Shown here in pieces: positions 47,650 through 56,726 of a stretch of DNA of 64,000 nucleotides. The notes beneath the pieces are model-generated. The model saw nothing but the letters and a program-made list of their open reading frames with translations, had not been told where the DNA came from and ran no database searches. The translations under genes were made by a program, and so were the position numbers. Positions within the stretch are counted from its first letter, which is position 1, and each line of letters opens with the position of its first letter. Source of the DNA: an uncultured virus (IMG/VR IMGVR_UViG_3300020048_000022) (lineage: Duplodnaviria; Heunggongvirae; Uroviricota; Caudoviricetes). The stretch lies in IMG/VR virus record IMGVR_UViG_3300020048_000022; one strand, written 5' to 3'.

Positions 47650-48765
47650 CCCAAAAATAACTCCTACGCATATACGCACACGCATTACGCGTTCATATAA
47701 TAGTGCGCAAAGCCCACACACACTTCCTAGACAATTCCCCGAGTAGACCTCCGGGTTCCCAGGGGTTTCCCCGAGCACTTCTAAGAGTCTCTAAGAGTCT
47801 CTAGGTATAACCCCGTGGAGGTACCTCCGGGATAATTAGTGTCAGGGAGTTTCTAAGAGATCCCTAGATTATCTGGGAACACACCCTGGTGTGTTATCTA
47901 ATGAAATCCCAGAGAATCCCAGATGATACCCCGAATAAGATCCCTAGATTACCTGGGGAACCTCCGAGATTTCTTTTAGTAACTCCAGAGAGAAATAAAA
48001 AATGTATAATCAGAGATTAGATTGGATTCGCACGTGTACGTATACGCAAGGGGCCCAGGGGAGGTCCCGCGGGGACGCTCGTAGAAAGAGGGTTTAACCC
48101 TGCACACTTTGTAGTATATTCTACGGGCCTTGTACACGGGATGGACGGGATGATTACTTGATCTCTATATAGGGGATTACTCTTCTCTTTCTCTCTCTAG
48201 TTATAGTGGGAGTAATAGGCCTTTATATAGTACTAGTCTCCACTTATATAATGTGGGGTTTCTCTTATGTGTTCTGTATAGAGAAGGGGAGTGATTTATG
48301 TGTCTTCACTATGTGTGTACTCTCTAGTATATGTGTCACTCTCTTATGTATAGAAGTGGGGAGATTATTTGTTTTGATTAGTTCTGATAAGGTTCTGTGT
48401 TGAGTGTGTATAATGAGAGTGTGTGAGTTCTCTATATAGTGATTGCTTGTCTTCTCTATGTATGTGTTCATTCTCTCTAGTAGAGTAGTGGTGTTATGTT
48501 TATTAAAGAGCGAGGGCGTGTTTGGGGATTTTTTGGTGTTTTGTCCCCCCTCCGAAAGGGTAGAAAATTCTTTGGTTTAAGCGAGTGTTTTCCGAGTGTT
48601 TTCTCTGCGTTAAATAGAGAATTTTCTATTCCGCGCTTTATGACTATTTAGGTATAGATTTCGGGGCGAACTAGATATTTCTTATAAATGAGGCGAGAAA
48701 TCGGGGCAAAACGGGGCAAGTTTATAGGTGTCCGCCTCTGGGTAATGAGGCGATGTGAATAACGA
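47650..48765. other. about 1.1-kb non-coding divergent region, right flank of the array
   Basis: Gene-strand switch; short repeats CTAAGAGTCT x2, GATCCCTAGATTA x2, TCGGGGC x2; G+T-rich + strand over 48200-48620. Confidence 0.65.
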
Positions 48766-48771
48766 TATATA
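48764..48771 (+). promoter_or_regulatory. class-II motif GATATATA (representative; putative late promoter)
   Basis: Recurs 4-25 nt upstream of about 20 start codons on both strands, for example 13639, 17052, 50444, 56716, 61038 and 63492. Confidence 0.7.
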
Positions 48772-48776
48772 GTGTA

Positions 48777-49163
48777 ATGACACAAGAAGAATTTATCAGT
48801 ATATTAGACAAGAAAGGTTACTCCTACAAGATAGAAGGAGATAGGATAGTTGTTACTTACGAAGGGAATGTCGATTTGGAAGGTCTCACTTCTCTTCCTC
48901 CTAGTGTGGTGTTTAAGAATGGAGGGGCTGTCGATTTGGAAGGCCCCACTTCTCTTCCTCCTGGTGTGGTGTTTAAGAATAGAGGGAATGTCTATTTGAG
49001 TTCTCTCACTTCTATTTCTCCTGGTGTGAAGTTCGAGAATGAAGGTGATGTCTATTTGAAAGCTCTGGAAGATTGGTTTAATGATTGGAAAGGTAATATG
49101 GAAGGTATAGATTCAAAGAGGCTATTGAATCTGATGATTAAACAAGGTGTATTTGAAAGATGA
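48777..49163 (+). CDS. LRR-like repeat protein, tandem paralog 1
   Basis: 22-aa repeats V.L..LTSLPP.VVF.N.G. Confidence 0.8.
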   Translation: MTQEEFISILDKKGYSYKIEGDRIVVTYEGNVDLEGLTSLPPSVVFKNGGAVDLEGPTSLPPGVVFKNRGNVYLSSLTSISPGVKFENEGDVYLKALEDWFNDWKGNMEGIDSKRLLNLMIKQGVFER

Positions 49164-49561
49164 CACAGAAAGAATTTATTAAAGTATTAAGGGAGAAAGG
49201 ATACTCCTACGAGATTGAAGGTGATAAGATAATTGTTATTAATAAAAATCATAACGGTGTTGTTAATCCTTCCATAGATTTAAGGGACATTACAAGTATT
49301 CCTTCTGATGTTATATTTAATAATAGTGGTTATATTTTTCTCACTGAATTAACTGCTATTCCTCCTAATGTTGTATTTAATAATCGCAGATATATCGATT
49401 TAAGAAATTGTTTAAAAATTGATTCTAGTGTGATATTTAATAATGCTGGAAGTATTTTCACTGATAAATTAATTACAGATAAATGGGAAGGTAATATAGA
49501 AGGGATAAATAGCAATAGAATATTTAAGATAATGATTAAACGAGGGGTATTTGAAAGATGA
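49160..49561 (+). CDS. LRR-like repeat protein, tandem paralog 2
   Basis: Same caps MTQ.EFI and IEGI.S.R; repeats IP..V.FNN. Confidence 0.8.
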   Translation: MTQKEFIKVLREKGYSYEIEGDKIIVINKNHNGVVNPSIDLRDITSIPSDVIFNNSGYIFLTELTAIPPNVVFNNRRYIDLRNCLKIDSSVIFNNAGSIFTDKLITDKWEGNIEGINSNRIFKIMIKRGVFER

Positions 49562-50070
49562 CTAGAGAAGAGTTTATTATTTTATTAGAATCGAAAGGAT
49601 ATGATTATGATATTTCAGGGGATTCGATTATAATTAATAGAGGAGACGAGAAAAATATAGTCTCTCTAGAATTGATTGATTCTATGCCTTCTGATGTGGA
49701 ATTTTCTAAAAATTGTGAGGGAGTCAGATTGTATAATTTAAAAGAACTTCCTCCGAGGGTTTATTTTAATAATTCCTCCTATGTTAATCTCAAGTCATTA
49801 GAATACATAGATACAGAGGTGGAGTTTAATAATGGAGCTATGGTTCATTTGGATTCTCTAAAGGAGTTAAACCCTAATGTGAAATTTAATAATGGTGGGT
49901 ATGTTGGTGTTAATTCTTTAAAGAAAATATCCCAAGATTTTGAATTTAATAATGGTGGCAATGTTTACTTTAGTAACTTTAACACTAAGACATGGGATTA
50001 TTCTATAGATGGTATAAATTCCGGTAGGTTATTGAACTTCGTTATAAGTAAAGGACTATTAGAAAGATGA
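49558..50070 (+). CDS. LRR-like repeat protein, tandem paralog 3
   Basis: About five repeats. Confidence 0.8.
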   Translation: MTREEFIILLESKGYDYDISGDSIIINRGDEKNIVSLELIDSMPSDVEFSKNCEGVRLYNLKELPPRVYFNNSSYVNLKSLEYIDTEVEFNNGAMVHLDSLKELNPNVKFNNGGYVGVNSLKKISQDFEFNNGGNVYFSNFNTKTWDYSIDGINSGRLLNFVISKGLLER

Positions 50071-50444
50071 CACAGGAAGAGTTTATTAATGTGATAGAGA
50101 GAAAGAATTACCCTTATTCTATTGAGGGTGACACTATAGTTTTTCCGTCAAGAATTAATAATATCACATTTGATATTACGTCTATTCCTTCTAATGTGGA
50201 ATTTAGAAATGGGGGTGATGTTGTTATGAATGATTTAGAAAGTGTCCCTGCTAATGTGAAATTTAATAACGGTGGATCTATATTTATGCACAATGTGAAG
50301 AGTGTAGATCCAAGTTCCCCATTCTTGAATAAGAGTAGAGTGTTTTTATATGAAATTTCCACCATGATTTTTCCTCCTAAGATTAAAGGTATAAGGAATA
50401 AGAGAATTTTAAATTTGATGGTTAAAAGAGGTTTATTTTTATAG
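50067..50444 (+). CDS. LRR-like repeat protein, tandem paralog 4
   Basis: About three repeats. Confidence 0.8.
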   Translation: MTQEEFINVIERKNYPYSIEGDTIVFPSRINNITFDITSIPSNVEFRNGGDVVMNDLESVPANVKFNNGGSIFMHNVKSVDPSSPFLNKSRVFLYEISTMIFPPKIKGIRNKRILNLMVKRGLFL

Positions 50445-50455
50445 ATATATAATAT

Positions 50456-51175
50456 ATGAGACACATTAAGGCTTTTCGTATATTTGAATCTAAACACGTA
50501 TACGACACTTTATATGATGCTTGTTCAGATTACTTAGAAGGCACAGAGATATGGTCGCAGATGAAAGATAAGGTTAGGAAGGCTAATCCTAGATTAACTA
50601 TTAAAGAAGACACTGAACTCAATATTGATGTTGATGCACAATTTGATTATGAGGAATCGACTAAGGATAATTTGGTTGTGATTATAAATCCGAATCATCA
50701 ATACGACAAAGGTTATAAAAGCACAATGGCTCATGAATTAACTCATGCCTTACAATTTATAAGAGATGGTTATTTAGATCTATTCAACAGTGATGCAACT
50801 AGAGAGTTCAAAGAGTTATCACCAGAGAATGAATGGGAGAAATTAATGATGGCTATTTACCTATCTGATCCTATAGAGATTGAAGCTAGCCAATCTGAAG
50901 AGAAATATGGTAAGAGTAATTTCATAGAGTATATGAGTCAATGGATGAAAGAATTTTCTCCTGAGGAATCTGCTAATAGATTTAAAATGTTTCCTCCTGA
51001 TATCAATAACAAATTTGATCTCACTTCTTTTGATGAGTTTCCAGATCTATGGGTTTCGGTCTATATTAACTATGAGGTGGAAACACCTAATCAAGAGATA
51101 ATAGATTTGAAGAGTAAAACATTAGAAGAGTTCTTACAGTACTACGATAAGAGATTTAAAAAATATCCACTATAA
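50456..51175 (+). CDS. putative zincin metallopeptidase-like protein
   Basis: AHELTHALQ plus DPIEIEA; MRHIKAFRIFES N-terminus. Confidence 0.65.
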   Translation: MRHIKAFRIFESKHVYDTLYDACSDYLEGTEIWSQMKDKVRKANPRLTIKEDTELNIDVDAQFDYEESTKDNLVVIINPNHQYDKGYKSTMAHELTHALQFIRDGYLDLFNSDATREFKELSPENEWEKLMMAIYLSDPIEIEASQSEEKYGKSNFIEYMSQWMKEFSPEESANRFKMFPPDINNKFDLTSFDEFPDLWVSVYINYEVETPNQEIIDLKSKTLEEFLQYYDKRFKKYPL

Positions 51176-51540
51176 TGAAGAAGGAGTATAAACTTGGAAA
51201 GATAGCAATAATGGGAGCTGATCTTAGGCAGAATATATCACACGGTGGTTTTGTATTCGCAAATAAAATGGACTACGAGACTGCACTTAGACTTATCGAA
51301 GAGATACAGGACGTTTGGCTTTGGAGACTTCCTTCTATTGAAGAACTTAAATTCTTACAAGGGTATCACGATCTAAAGATATTAAATTTCTCAGGAGATG
51401 CTTATTGGACTAGTGACATTATTGGTGATTACGGTGATCAATATTCTTATAACCATTATGGCTATTATTTCAATGGACCAAGGTATGGAGGTATACCTAA
51501 AACTGAAAGACTTTGTGTGAGACTGGTTAGAGATATTTAA
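51175..51540 (+). CDS. DUF1566/Lcl C-terminal protein
   Basis: WRLPSIEEL, YWTS, CVRLVRDI. Confidence 0.75.
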   Translation: MKKEYKLGKIAIMGADLRQNISHGGFVFANKMDYETALRLIEEIQDVWLWRLPSIEELKFLQGYHDLKILNFSGDAYWTSDIIGDYGDQYSYNHYGYYFNGPRYGGIPKTERLCVRLVRDI

Positions 51541-51648
51541 CAAAACCCCTCCCTACGAAAATCATTTGCATACGTTTGTTAATTTATGAATCAAATTCCC
51601 ATTCTATGTGGTAATTTCTAATATATAAATTACAAAAAATCTTGCCTT

Positions 51649-52710
51649 ATGAAAAATGTACTAATACTATTAATGGTGCTGATTAGTATCATCGCTAAAC
51701 CTCAAGCTATTTATAGGTCAGATTATATAGAGACCTTCGATGTGGATTGGTCAGGAAATTGGTGGACACCTATAGCAACAACTAATTATTTCACTAATGC
51801 TTCAGTTAGTCCTTCCGCAAGTGCTGTTTTATATGGAGCGGGTAACGGAACTTCAGGATTGGAACAAGATTGGTATTCATTTCCCAACTTAGCAGTTAAT
51901 CCGGTTAATGATTATTATTTGACATTCAGATTGGGATCTTATCGTTTCACATCAACTGCAGGTACCAGGGGAGTGGATGGTGGTGATTATGTAACAGTAC
52001 AATTAAGCACTAACGGGGGAAGCACTTATACAAACGAATTAAGAATAACAGGGAATGCCAATGCTTATTGGAATTACAATGGTGCATCTTATACTAAAAC
52101 TGCTAATGGAGCTCTAACTGTTATTGGTCCTGCTGCTGGAGGTGATAGAACAAGTACAGGCGATGGCTATTCGAATATACGTTTAAATATTCCTTCTAAT
52201 ACTAGCAACATAGCAATTGATATTTATTGTAGGGCTAATTCAGCAGGAGAAGAATGGTGGTTAGATAATTTCGAATTGCATGAGATAGTTAATTCGCCGT
52301 TACCAGTTGAGCTATTATATTTTTATGGAAATAAATATCCCACATTTAATACTCTGAGATGGTCTACTGCATCAGAGAACAATTCAGATTACTTTTCTAT
52401 AGAAGTAAGTACAGATGGATTAACATGGAATAAAATAGGTGAAAAGAAAGCATCAGGCAATTCCAATACAAAAATGGATTATTCATACACACATTCATTC
52501 AATGATCATGATATTCATTATTATAAATTAATTCAATATGATTATGATGGAGTGTTCAAAGAATATGGGCCAATAGGTATGGACAACACATTGAAACCCA
52601 ATAAGCTTCTAAAATCCACGAATTTAATAGGGCAAGAAATAGATGAAAATTATAGAGGGATCGTTATAGATGTATATGAGGATGGAACTATTATTAGAAC
52701 ATTAAGGTAA
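51649..52710 (+). CDS. secreted Bacteroidota-type protein with PLPVEL domain
   Basis: Signal peptide; PLPVELLYF, L.W.TASE.NSDYF.IE.S.DG..W, YY.L.Q.DYDG; C-terminal NL.GQ.....G.VI..YEDG. Confidence 0.8.
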   Translation: MKNVLILLMVLISIIAKPQAIYRSDYIETFDVDWSGNWWTPIATTNYFTNASVSPSASAVLYGAGNGTSGLEQDWYSFPNLAVNPVNDYYLTFRLGSYRFTSTAGTRGVDGGDYVTVQLSTNGGSTYTNELRITGNANAYWNYNGASYTKTANGALTVIGPAAGGDRTSTGDGYSNIRLNIPSNTSNIAIDIYCRANSAGEEWWLDNFELHEIVNSPLPVELLYFYGNKYPTFNTLRWSTASENNSDYFSIEVSTDGLTWNKIGEKKASGNSNTKMDYSYTHSFNDHDIHYYKLIQYDYDGVFKEYGPIGMDNTLKPNKLLKSTNLIGQEIDENYRGIVIDVYEDGTIIRTLR

Positions 52711-52718
52711 TTTTTGGA

Positions 52719-52755
52719 AATCATTTTTTATATCAAATAGAATAGTCTACATTTA
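52719..52755 (+). promoter_or_regulatory. class-I promoter on the plus strand
   Basis: AATCATTTTTT-N18-TACATTTA upstream of 52784, showing that the motif follows gene orientation. Confidence 0.85.
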
Positions 52756-52783
52756 CTTTATAAACAAATAAAATATAAAGGTC

Positions 52784-53119
52784 ATGAAAAAAGAAGCAAA
52801 TGTTATAAACTCAATCAAGCCAGGTACATCTCTTGATGAGCATTTCGATTCATTAGACATCTTCAAAAAAAGAGAAATGATCGACGAACTTAAACAATCT
52901 AAAGAATACTTCAGCAAAAACATGGGAAGAAACATATTTTTAGCTGTTTTCTCCTATATTTGCTCTGCAATTTGTTATTTTGGAGTACAAGAAACATGGT
53001 TTATTTACTATCTATTAGTGATTAACGTGCCTTTGAGTATTTTCCTTTACCTAAACCTTCGTGACTTCACTAGATACGCTAAATTAGCTGAAAGATACGA
53101 GAAAAGATTAGCAGAATAA
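52784..53119 (+). CDS. membrane protein
   Basis: Two TM segments. Confidence 0.75.
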   Translation: MKKEANVINSIKPGTSLDEHFDSLDIFKKREMIDELKQSKEYFSKNMGRNIFLAVFSYICSAICYFGVQETWFIYYLLVINVPLSIFLYLNLRDFTRYAKLAERYEKRLAE

Positions 53120-53134
53120 AATCCTTCTCTCACT

Positions 53135-53169
53135 AAAAAGGCCTTTAAAATAATTAAAGGCCTTTTTTA
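53135..53169. terminator. bidirectional terminator
   Basis: AAAAAGGCCTTTAA-loop-TTAAAGGCCTTTTT between convergent genes. Confidence 0.85.
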
Positions 53170-53185
53170 TGTGGTTTAATTTCTA

Positions 53186-53728
53186 TTAATAACCTCCTCC
53201 GAAGATGTGAGATTTATAAGTAGATCTATCTTTTTTGATAGAAGGGTGATCTAATCCACCTTCCCATTTAGCTTTTTTAAGTTTAGCTTGAACCATTGGA
53301 TCATTTTTAAGTTCTTCAGTAACTTTAGTGATTAATTCTGCTTGTCTGTCGATTAAAGATCCGTCTTTTTTAATCATATTTTTAACTCTCTGTTCAGCTT
53401 CAGCTTTAATCCATCTTTTATTTTGTGCCCATCCTTCTAATCTTGTACCTCCTAAAGCAAGAGTAACTAATCCTGCAACAACACTAGGGAATATAACGAA
53501 GAAATCTGCTATAGTAGCAATAGATTCACCACCGATCCATTCGTTGATTTTGTTTTCCATAACACCATCTTCTTCAAGATCTGATTGAACCATCATTAAT
53601 AGTTCTTCAGCATCAACACCATTTTCTGCTGCAATATCTCTGATTAATGTTTTAGTATCTCTTTTAAGAGCTTGTTCATTAACTCTATTAGATTTTAAAT
53701 AAGTTTCGTATCCGGTAAGATTTTTCAT
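53186..53728 (-). CDS. hypothetical protein with one hydrophobic segment
   Basis: MKNLTGYETYL N-terminus; GATATATA upstream. Confidence 0.75.
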   Translation of the reverse strand: MKNLTGYETYLKSNRVNEQALKRDTKTLIRDIAAENGVDAEELLMMVQSDLEEDGVMENKINEWIGGESIATIADFFVIFPSVVAGLVTLALGGTRLEGWAQNKRWIKAEAEQRVKNMIKKDGSLIDRQAELITKVTEELKNDPMVQAKLKKAKWEGGLDHPSIKKDRSTYKSHIFGGGY

Positions 53729-54030
53729 TTTAATATCTTTTTTGTTTTATATATCTATATATCCATAGTATTTGGATTTTTTGTTATGAAAACCAGATTT
53801 ATCATAGCATTTGAATAATACATTCATTATCTTATTATAATAGCAGAGATATATAAGAGAAAACCATATTATGAAATTTAAAAATTCGTGGGGATCTAAA
53901 TTCAAGCAATGGGATAAGATCCAAATAAACGTAAGAATTGGAGCAGTAACTGTTTTCTATTTAGATCTTGATTGGTCTGCAAGAAGATTTTCATTAGCAT
54001 TAATGAACTTTAAAATAAGCAACAGATAAT

Positions 54031-54552
54031 ATGATACCATCTATTAAAAAATTCAATGAATTCATTTCAGAAAGTCACGAGGAAGAATGGATTGATGATG
54101 CAGTTAAAAAGCCTGGAGCATTAAGAAGACATTTCCATAAGAAGGAAGGTGAAAAAATCACTAAGACTGAGATTAACGATGAAATAGCAGAGTTAATTAA
54201 AAAGGACATGAATAAGGAAAAACCAGGAGCTCAATTAGGTAAAAGAGATGCTACTCTTTATAAGAGACTGAATCTTGCTAAGAACCTAATGGATATGAAT
54301 GAGGATCATAACGAGTCTGAGAATTATATGTTCTTCGCAAACATATCTAATATTAAAAGAATGTGTGAGGAGATGTTAGAAATGGATCCTTCAATGGTGG
54401 ATTCAATACTTACTGACGGGCATGGATGGGCAGTAGATCATATTGCAACTTCTAAAGACGATGTTGAAGAAGTATACAATTTCTTAAAATCCACATCTGA
54501 ATTATCACACGGCGCTAAAAATGGTCTAATATCAGACGATAATAACAATTAA
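54031..54552 (+). CDS. hypothetical protein, IKKFNEFISE N-terminus
   Basis: WI..AVKKPGALR; NYMFF; W..DHIAT. Confidence 0.8.
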   Translation: MIPSIKKFNEFISESHEEEWIDDAVKKPGALRRHFHKKEGEKITKTEINDEIAELIKKDMNKEKPGAQLGKRDATLYKRLNLAKNLMDMNEDHNESENYMFFANISNIKRMCEEMLEMDPSMVDSILTDGHGWAVDHIATSKDDVEEVYNFLKSTSELSHGAKNGLISDDNNN

Positions 54553-54564
54553 AAGAAAAGAAAA

Positions 54565-56709
54565 ATGAGATACCTATCACTATTTGACGATTTTAGTAAA
54601 GTTGACGAATCATATAATTTCGATAGCGATTCTATAATGGAATCTAAAATTAACCAGATGTTATCATTAACAACTAATGGATGTGCAGCTGGTTTCACAT
54701 TAAACGAATTTAAAGAACTATTCAGAAGTGATTCTTTAATAGAGAGTCAAGGATATGATGAGTCAGAGGCTCTTTTAGAAAAAGCTTATAGTGTATATGA
54801 GATAGGTATGCTTCAAGAAGCTAAATCACATTGGTTTGATGAAAATAAACCGCAGATTTATGAGCATTCAAGAGGTGTAATATCATATTTAGAATTTGAA
54901 GGCAACATACTTCTTTTTAAAGACGGTGAAGCTTTTATGGTAAATGAAAGATCTCTTAAGATGATACACGATCAGGATCAATCTATAAATGAGGATTTAT
55001 TTGATCTTGTATTGGGTGATAAATTATACGAATGGTGGAGCTGGAGCGATAATCCAATAACTAATGGTATAAAAGGTGCTGCAAAATGGGCAAATACTAA
55101 TATTGTACAACCAGCTGCAAAGATAGTTAAAACTTATGTGGTAGATCCTTTAAAAAGCGCATGGGATGCTTTAAGTACTGGAGCAAAAAAAGTATATGAA
55201 TTTGCAAAAAAGATATTAAGTGCAATTGGTACTTTCATAAAAGAAAATTGGCAAGACATAGTTTTTTACATCACTGTAGCATTACAAGTTATTGCGGGTA
55301 TTGTAGCATTTATACCGGCAGCGGGTCAAGTTGTTGGTCCCGTTCTTTTAATAATAGCAGGAAGTATACAGGTATTTCTAGGAGGATATGATATATTTGA
55401 GGGTATAAAAATAGTTAGAGAATGCCCAGTAGATCCTATGAAAAAAGCAGCTCCTGAATTTATAAAAGGAGGTGCAAAATTATTAGGTGGTGGAGTTAGT
55501 TTACTTTTGGGAATACATGATATAGTTACAAGTCCTAAAGCAGCAGCACCGGGAGGTGCATTAGCAAGTACTGCAGTAGCAGTTCCTGCAAAATCATGGG
55601 TCTCTAAAACTGTTACAGCACTAGGAACATCAGGAGCAGCTATAGGTATGTTTGAGACTTTAATAAAATTTCTAGTAGAATCTGGGGGTAAGGTAATTAC
55701 TAAGGCTGGTGTTGAAACTGTGATAAGTTCAGGAGGAAAATATGCTGCTAAAAAAACTGCAGTTATAGCTGGTGAGGCTTTAACTAAAGCTGGAGCTGAG
55801 ATCATAGGAAAAAAATTAGGGGATAAAGCTAATGAAGCAGCAATACCTATGCTATGTATAGCAGGAAATTATGCTCTAGGGTGGCTATGGGATATTATAC
55901 TTGGCGCAATTGCAGGATTTGGTAAAATGATTAATGGTATATTAGATTTACCTAAAAAAACTGTGAGTTCTATAGATGAATTTAATAAAAAACATTCAGG
56001 AAGCATTATAGGATCAATAATTGGAGGGGCATTAAAAACATTCGTAAGCCCCGTAGCAAAAGTTCTAGCCTGGTTCTGTGAAAATAAAATAAAACCAATA
56101 ATTAAGCCAGTTACTAATTGGATGATAGGATTAGGAAAACATAATAAATCCATCAAAAAATCAGTAGAAAGCACTCCAGCATTAAAAGCTGCAGTTTCTG
56201 GGGGAAAAATACCTCAGCCTAAAGGAGGTATACCTGGAGAAAAAGTCGAGATATCTCCGACTGATAAAAGAAATCTAACTAAAATAGAGTCGTCTAAGAC
56301 AGCAGCAAAAGGAAATACGGCGATAGCTAAAGAAGGTGGATTTTTCACAGATAAATTTAAAAAAATACAAGAAGAGAACATAGCTAAAGCCAAAAAACAA
56401 CAGGAGAAGATTTTCAATGATAAATTCCCAGGAGTAATTAATAATAAAGCTTCAGGTCAATTTGTAACAAACAAAGACGGAAGTTTATGTTTTAAATATA
56501 AATCCAGTGTGGCAAAAGGCACAGTGATTCTATATAATAACGGTAGATACCAAGTTAAAGATGGACCAAATGCAGGAGTGAAGGGTGATTATAATGCTAA
56601 AAAAAATATAGGACTTCATCCGCCAAAAGATGGATGGAAAAAAGACACTAAAGGTAAAAATGAATCAATGAGATATCTTGACAATTTCGATGGATTCTCT
56701 CTTATATAA
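54565..56709 (+). CDS. large Gly/Ala-rich hydrophobic protein, paralog 1 (possible ejection or membrane-channel protein)
   Basis: 714 aa; hydrophobic hairpin IVFYITVALQ...FIPAAGQV. Confidence 0.75.
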   Translation: MRYLSLFDDFSKVDESYNFDSDSIMESKINQMLSLTTNGCAAGFTLNEFKELFRSDSLIESQGYDESEALLEKAYSVYEIGMLQEAKSHWFDENKPQIYEHSRGVISYLEFEGNILLFKDGEAFMVNERSLKMIHDQDQSINEDLFDLVLGDKLYEWWSWSDNPITNGIKGAAKWANTNIVQPAAKIVKTYVVDPLKSAWDALSTGAKKVYEFAKKILSAIGTFIKENWQDIVFYITVALQVIAGIVAFIPAAGQVVGPVLLIIAGSIQVFLGGYDIFEGIKIVRECPVDPMKKAAPEFIKGGAKLLGGGVSLLLGIHDIVTSPKAAAPGGALASTAVAVPAKSWVSKTVTALGTSGAAIGMFETLIKFLVESGGKVITKAGVETVISSGGKYAAKKTAVIAGEALTKAGAEIIGKKLGDKANEAAIPMLCIAGNYALGWLWDIILGAIAGFGKMINGILDLPKKTVSSIDEFNKKHSGSIIGSIIGGALKTFVSPVAKVLAWFCENKIKPIIKPVTNWMIGLGKHNKSIKKSVESTPALKAAVSGGKIPQPKGGIPGEKVEISPTDKRNLTKIESSKTAAKGNTAIAKEGGFFTDKFKKIQEENIAKAKKQQEKIFNDKFPGVINNKASGQFVTNKDGSLCFKYKSSVAKGTVILYNNGRYQVKDGPNAGVKGDYNAKKNIGLHPPKDGWKKDTKGKNESMRYLDNFDGFSLI

Positions 56710-56726
56710 ATTTTGATATATACTAT

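Larger units (their letters stand above)
16290..47650 (-). promoter_or_regulatory. about 40 copies of class-I (early-type) promoter AATCATTTTTT-N18-TAnATTTG/TAnATTAG, usually followed by leader TTAA(C/T)CAATTAAA
   Basis: Seen on + as CAAATATA-N18-AAAAAATGATT upstream of most ORFs; -7 element matches Bacteroidota TAnnTTTG; about 10 more copies outside this span. Confidence 0.9.

Noticed and set aside
16000..47650. Classical integron with attC sites
   Set aside because: No consistent RYYYAAC...GTTRRRY ends, no tyrosine integrase, and the units carry their own promoters.
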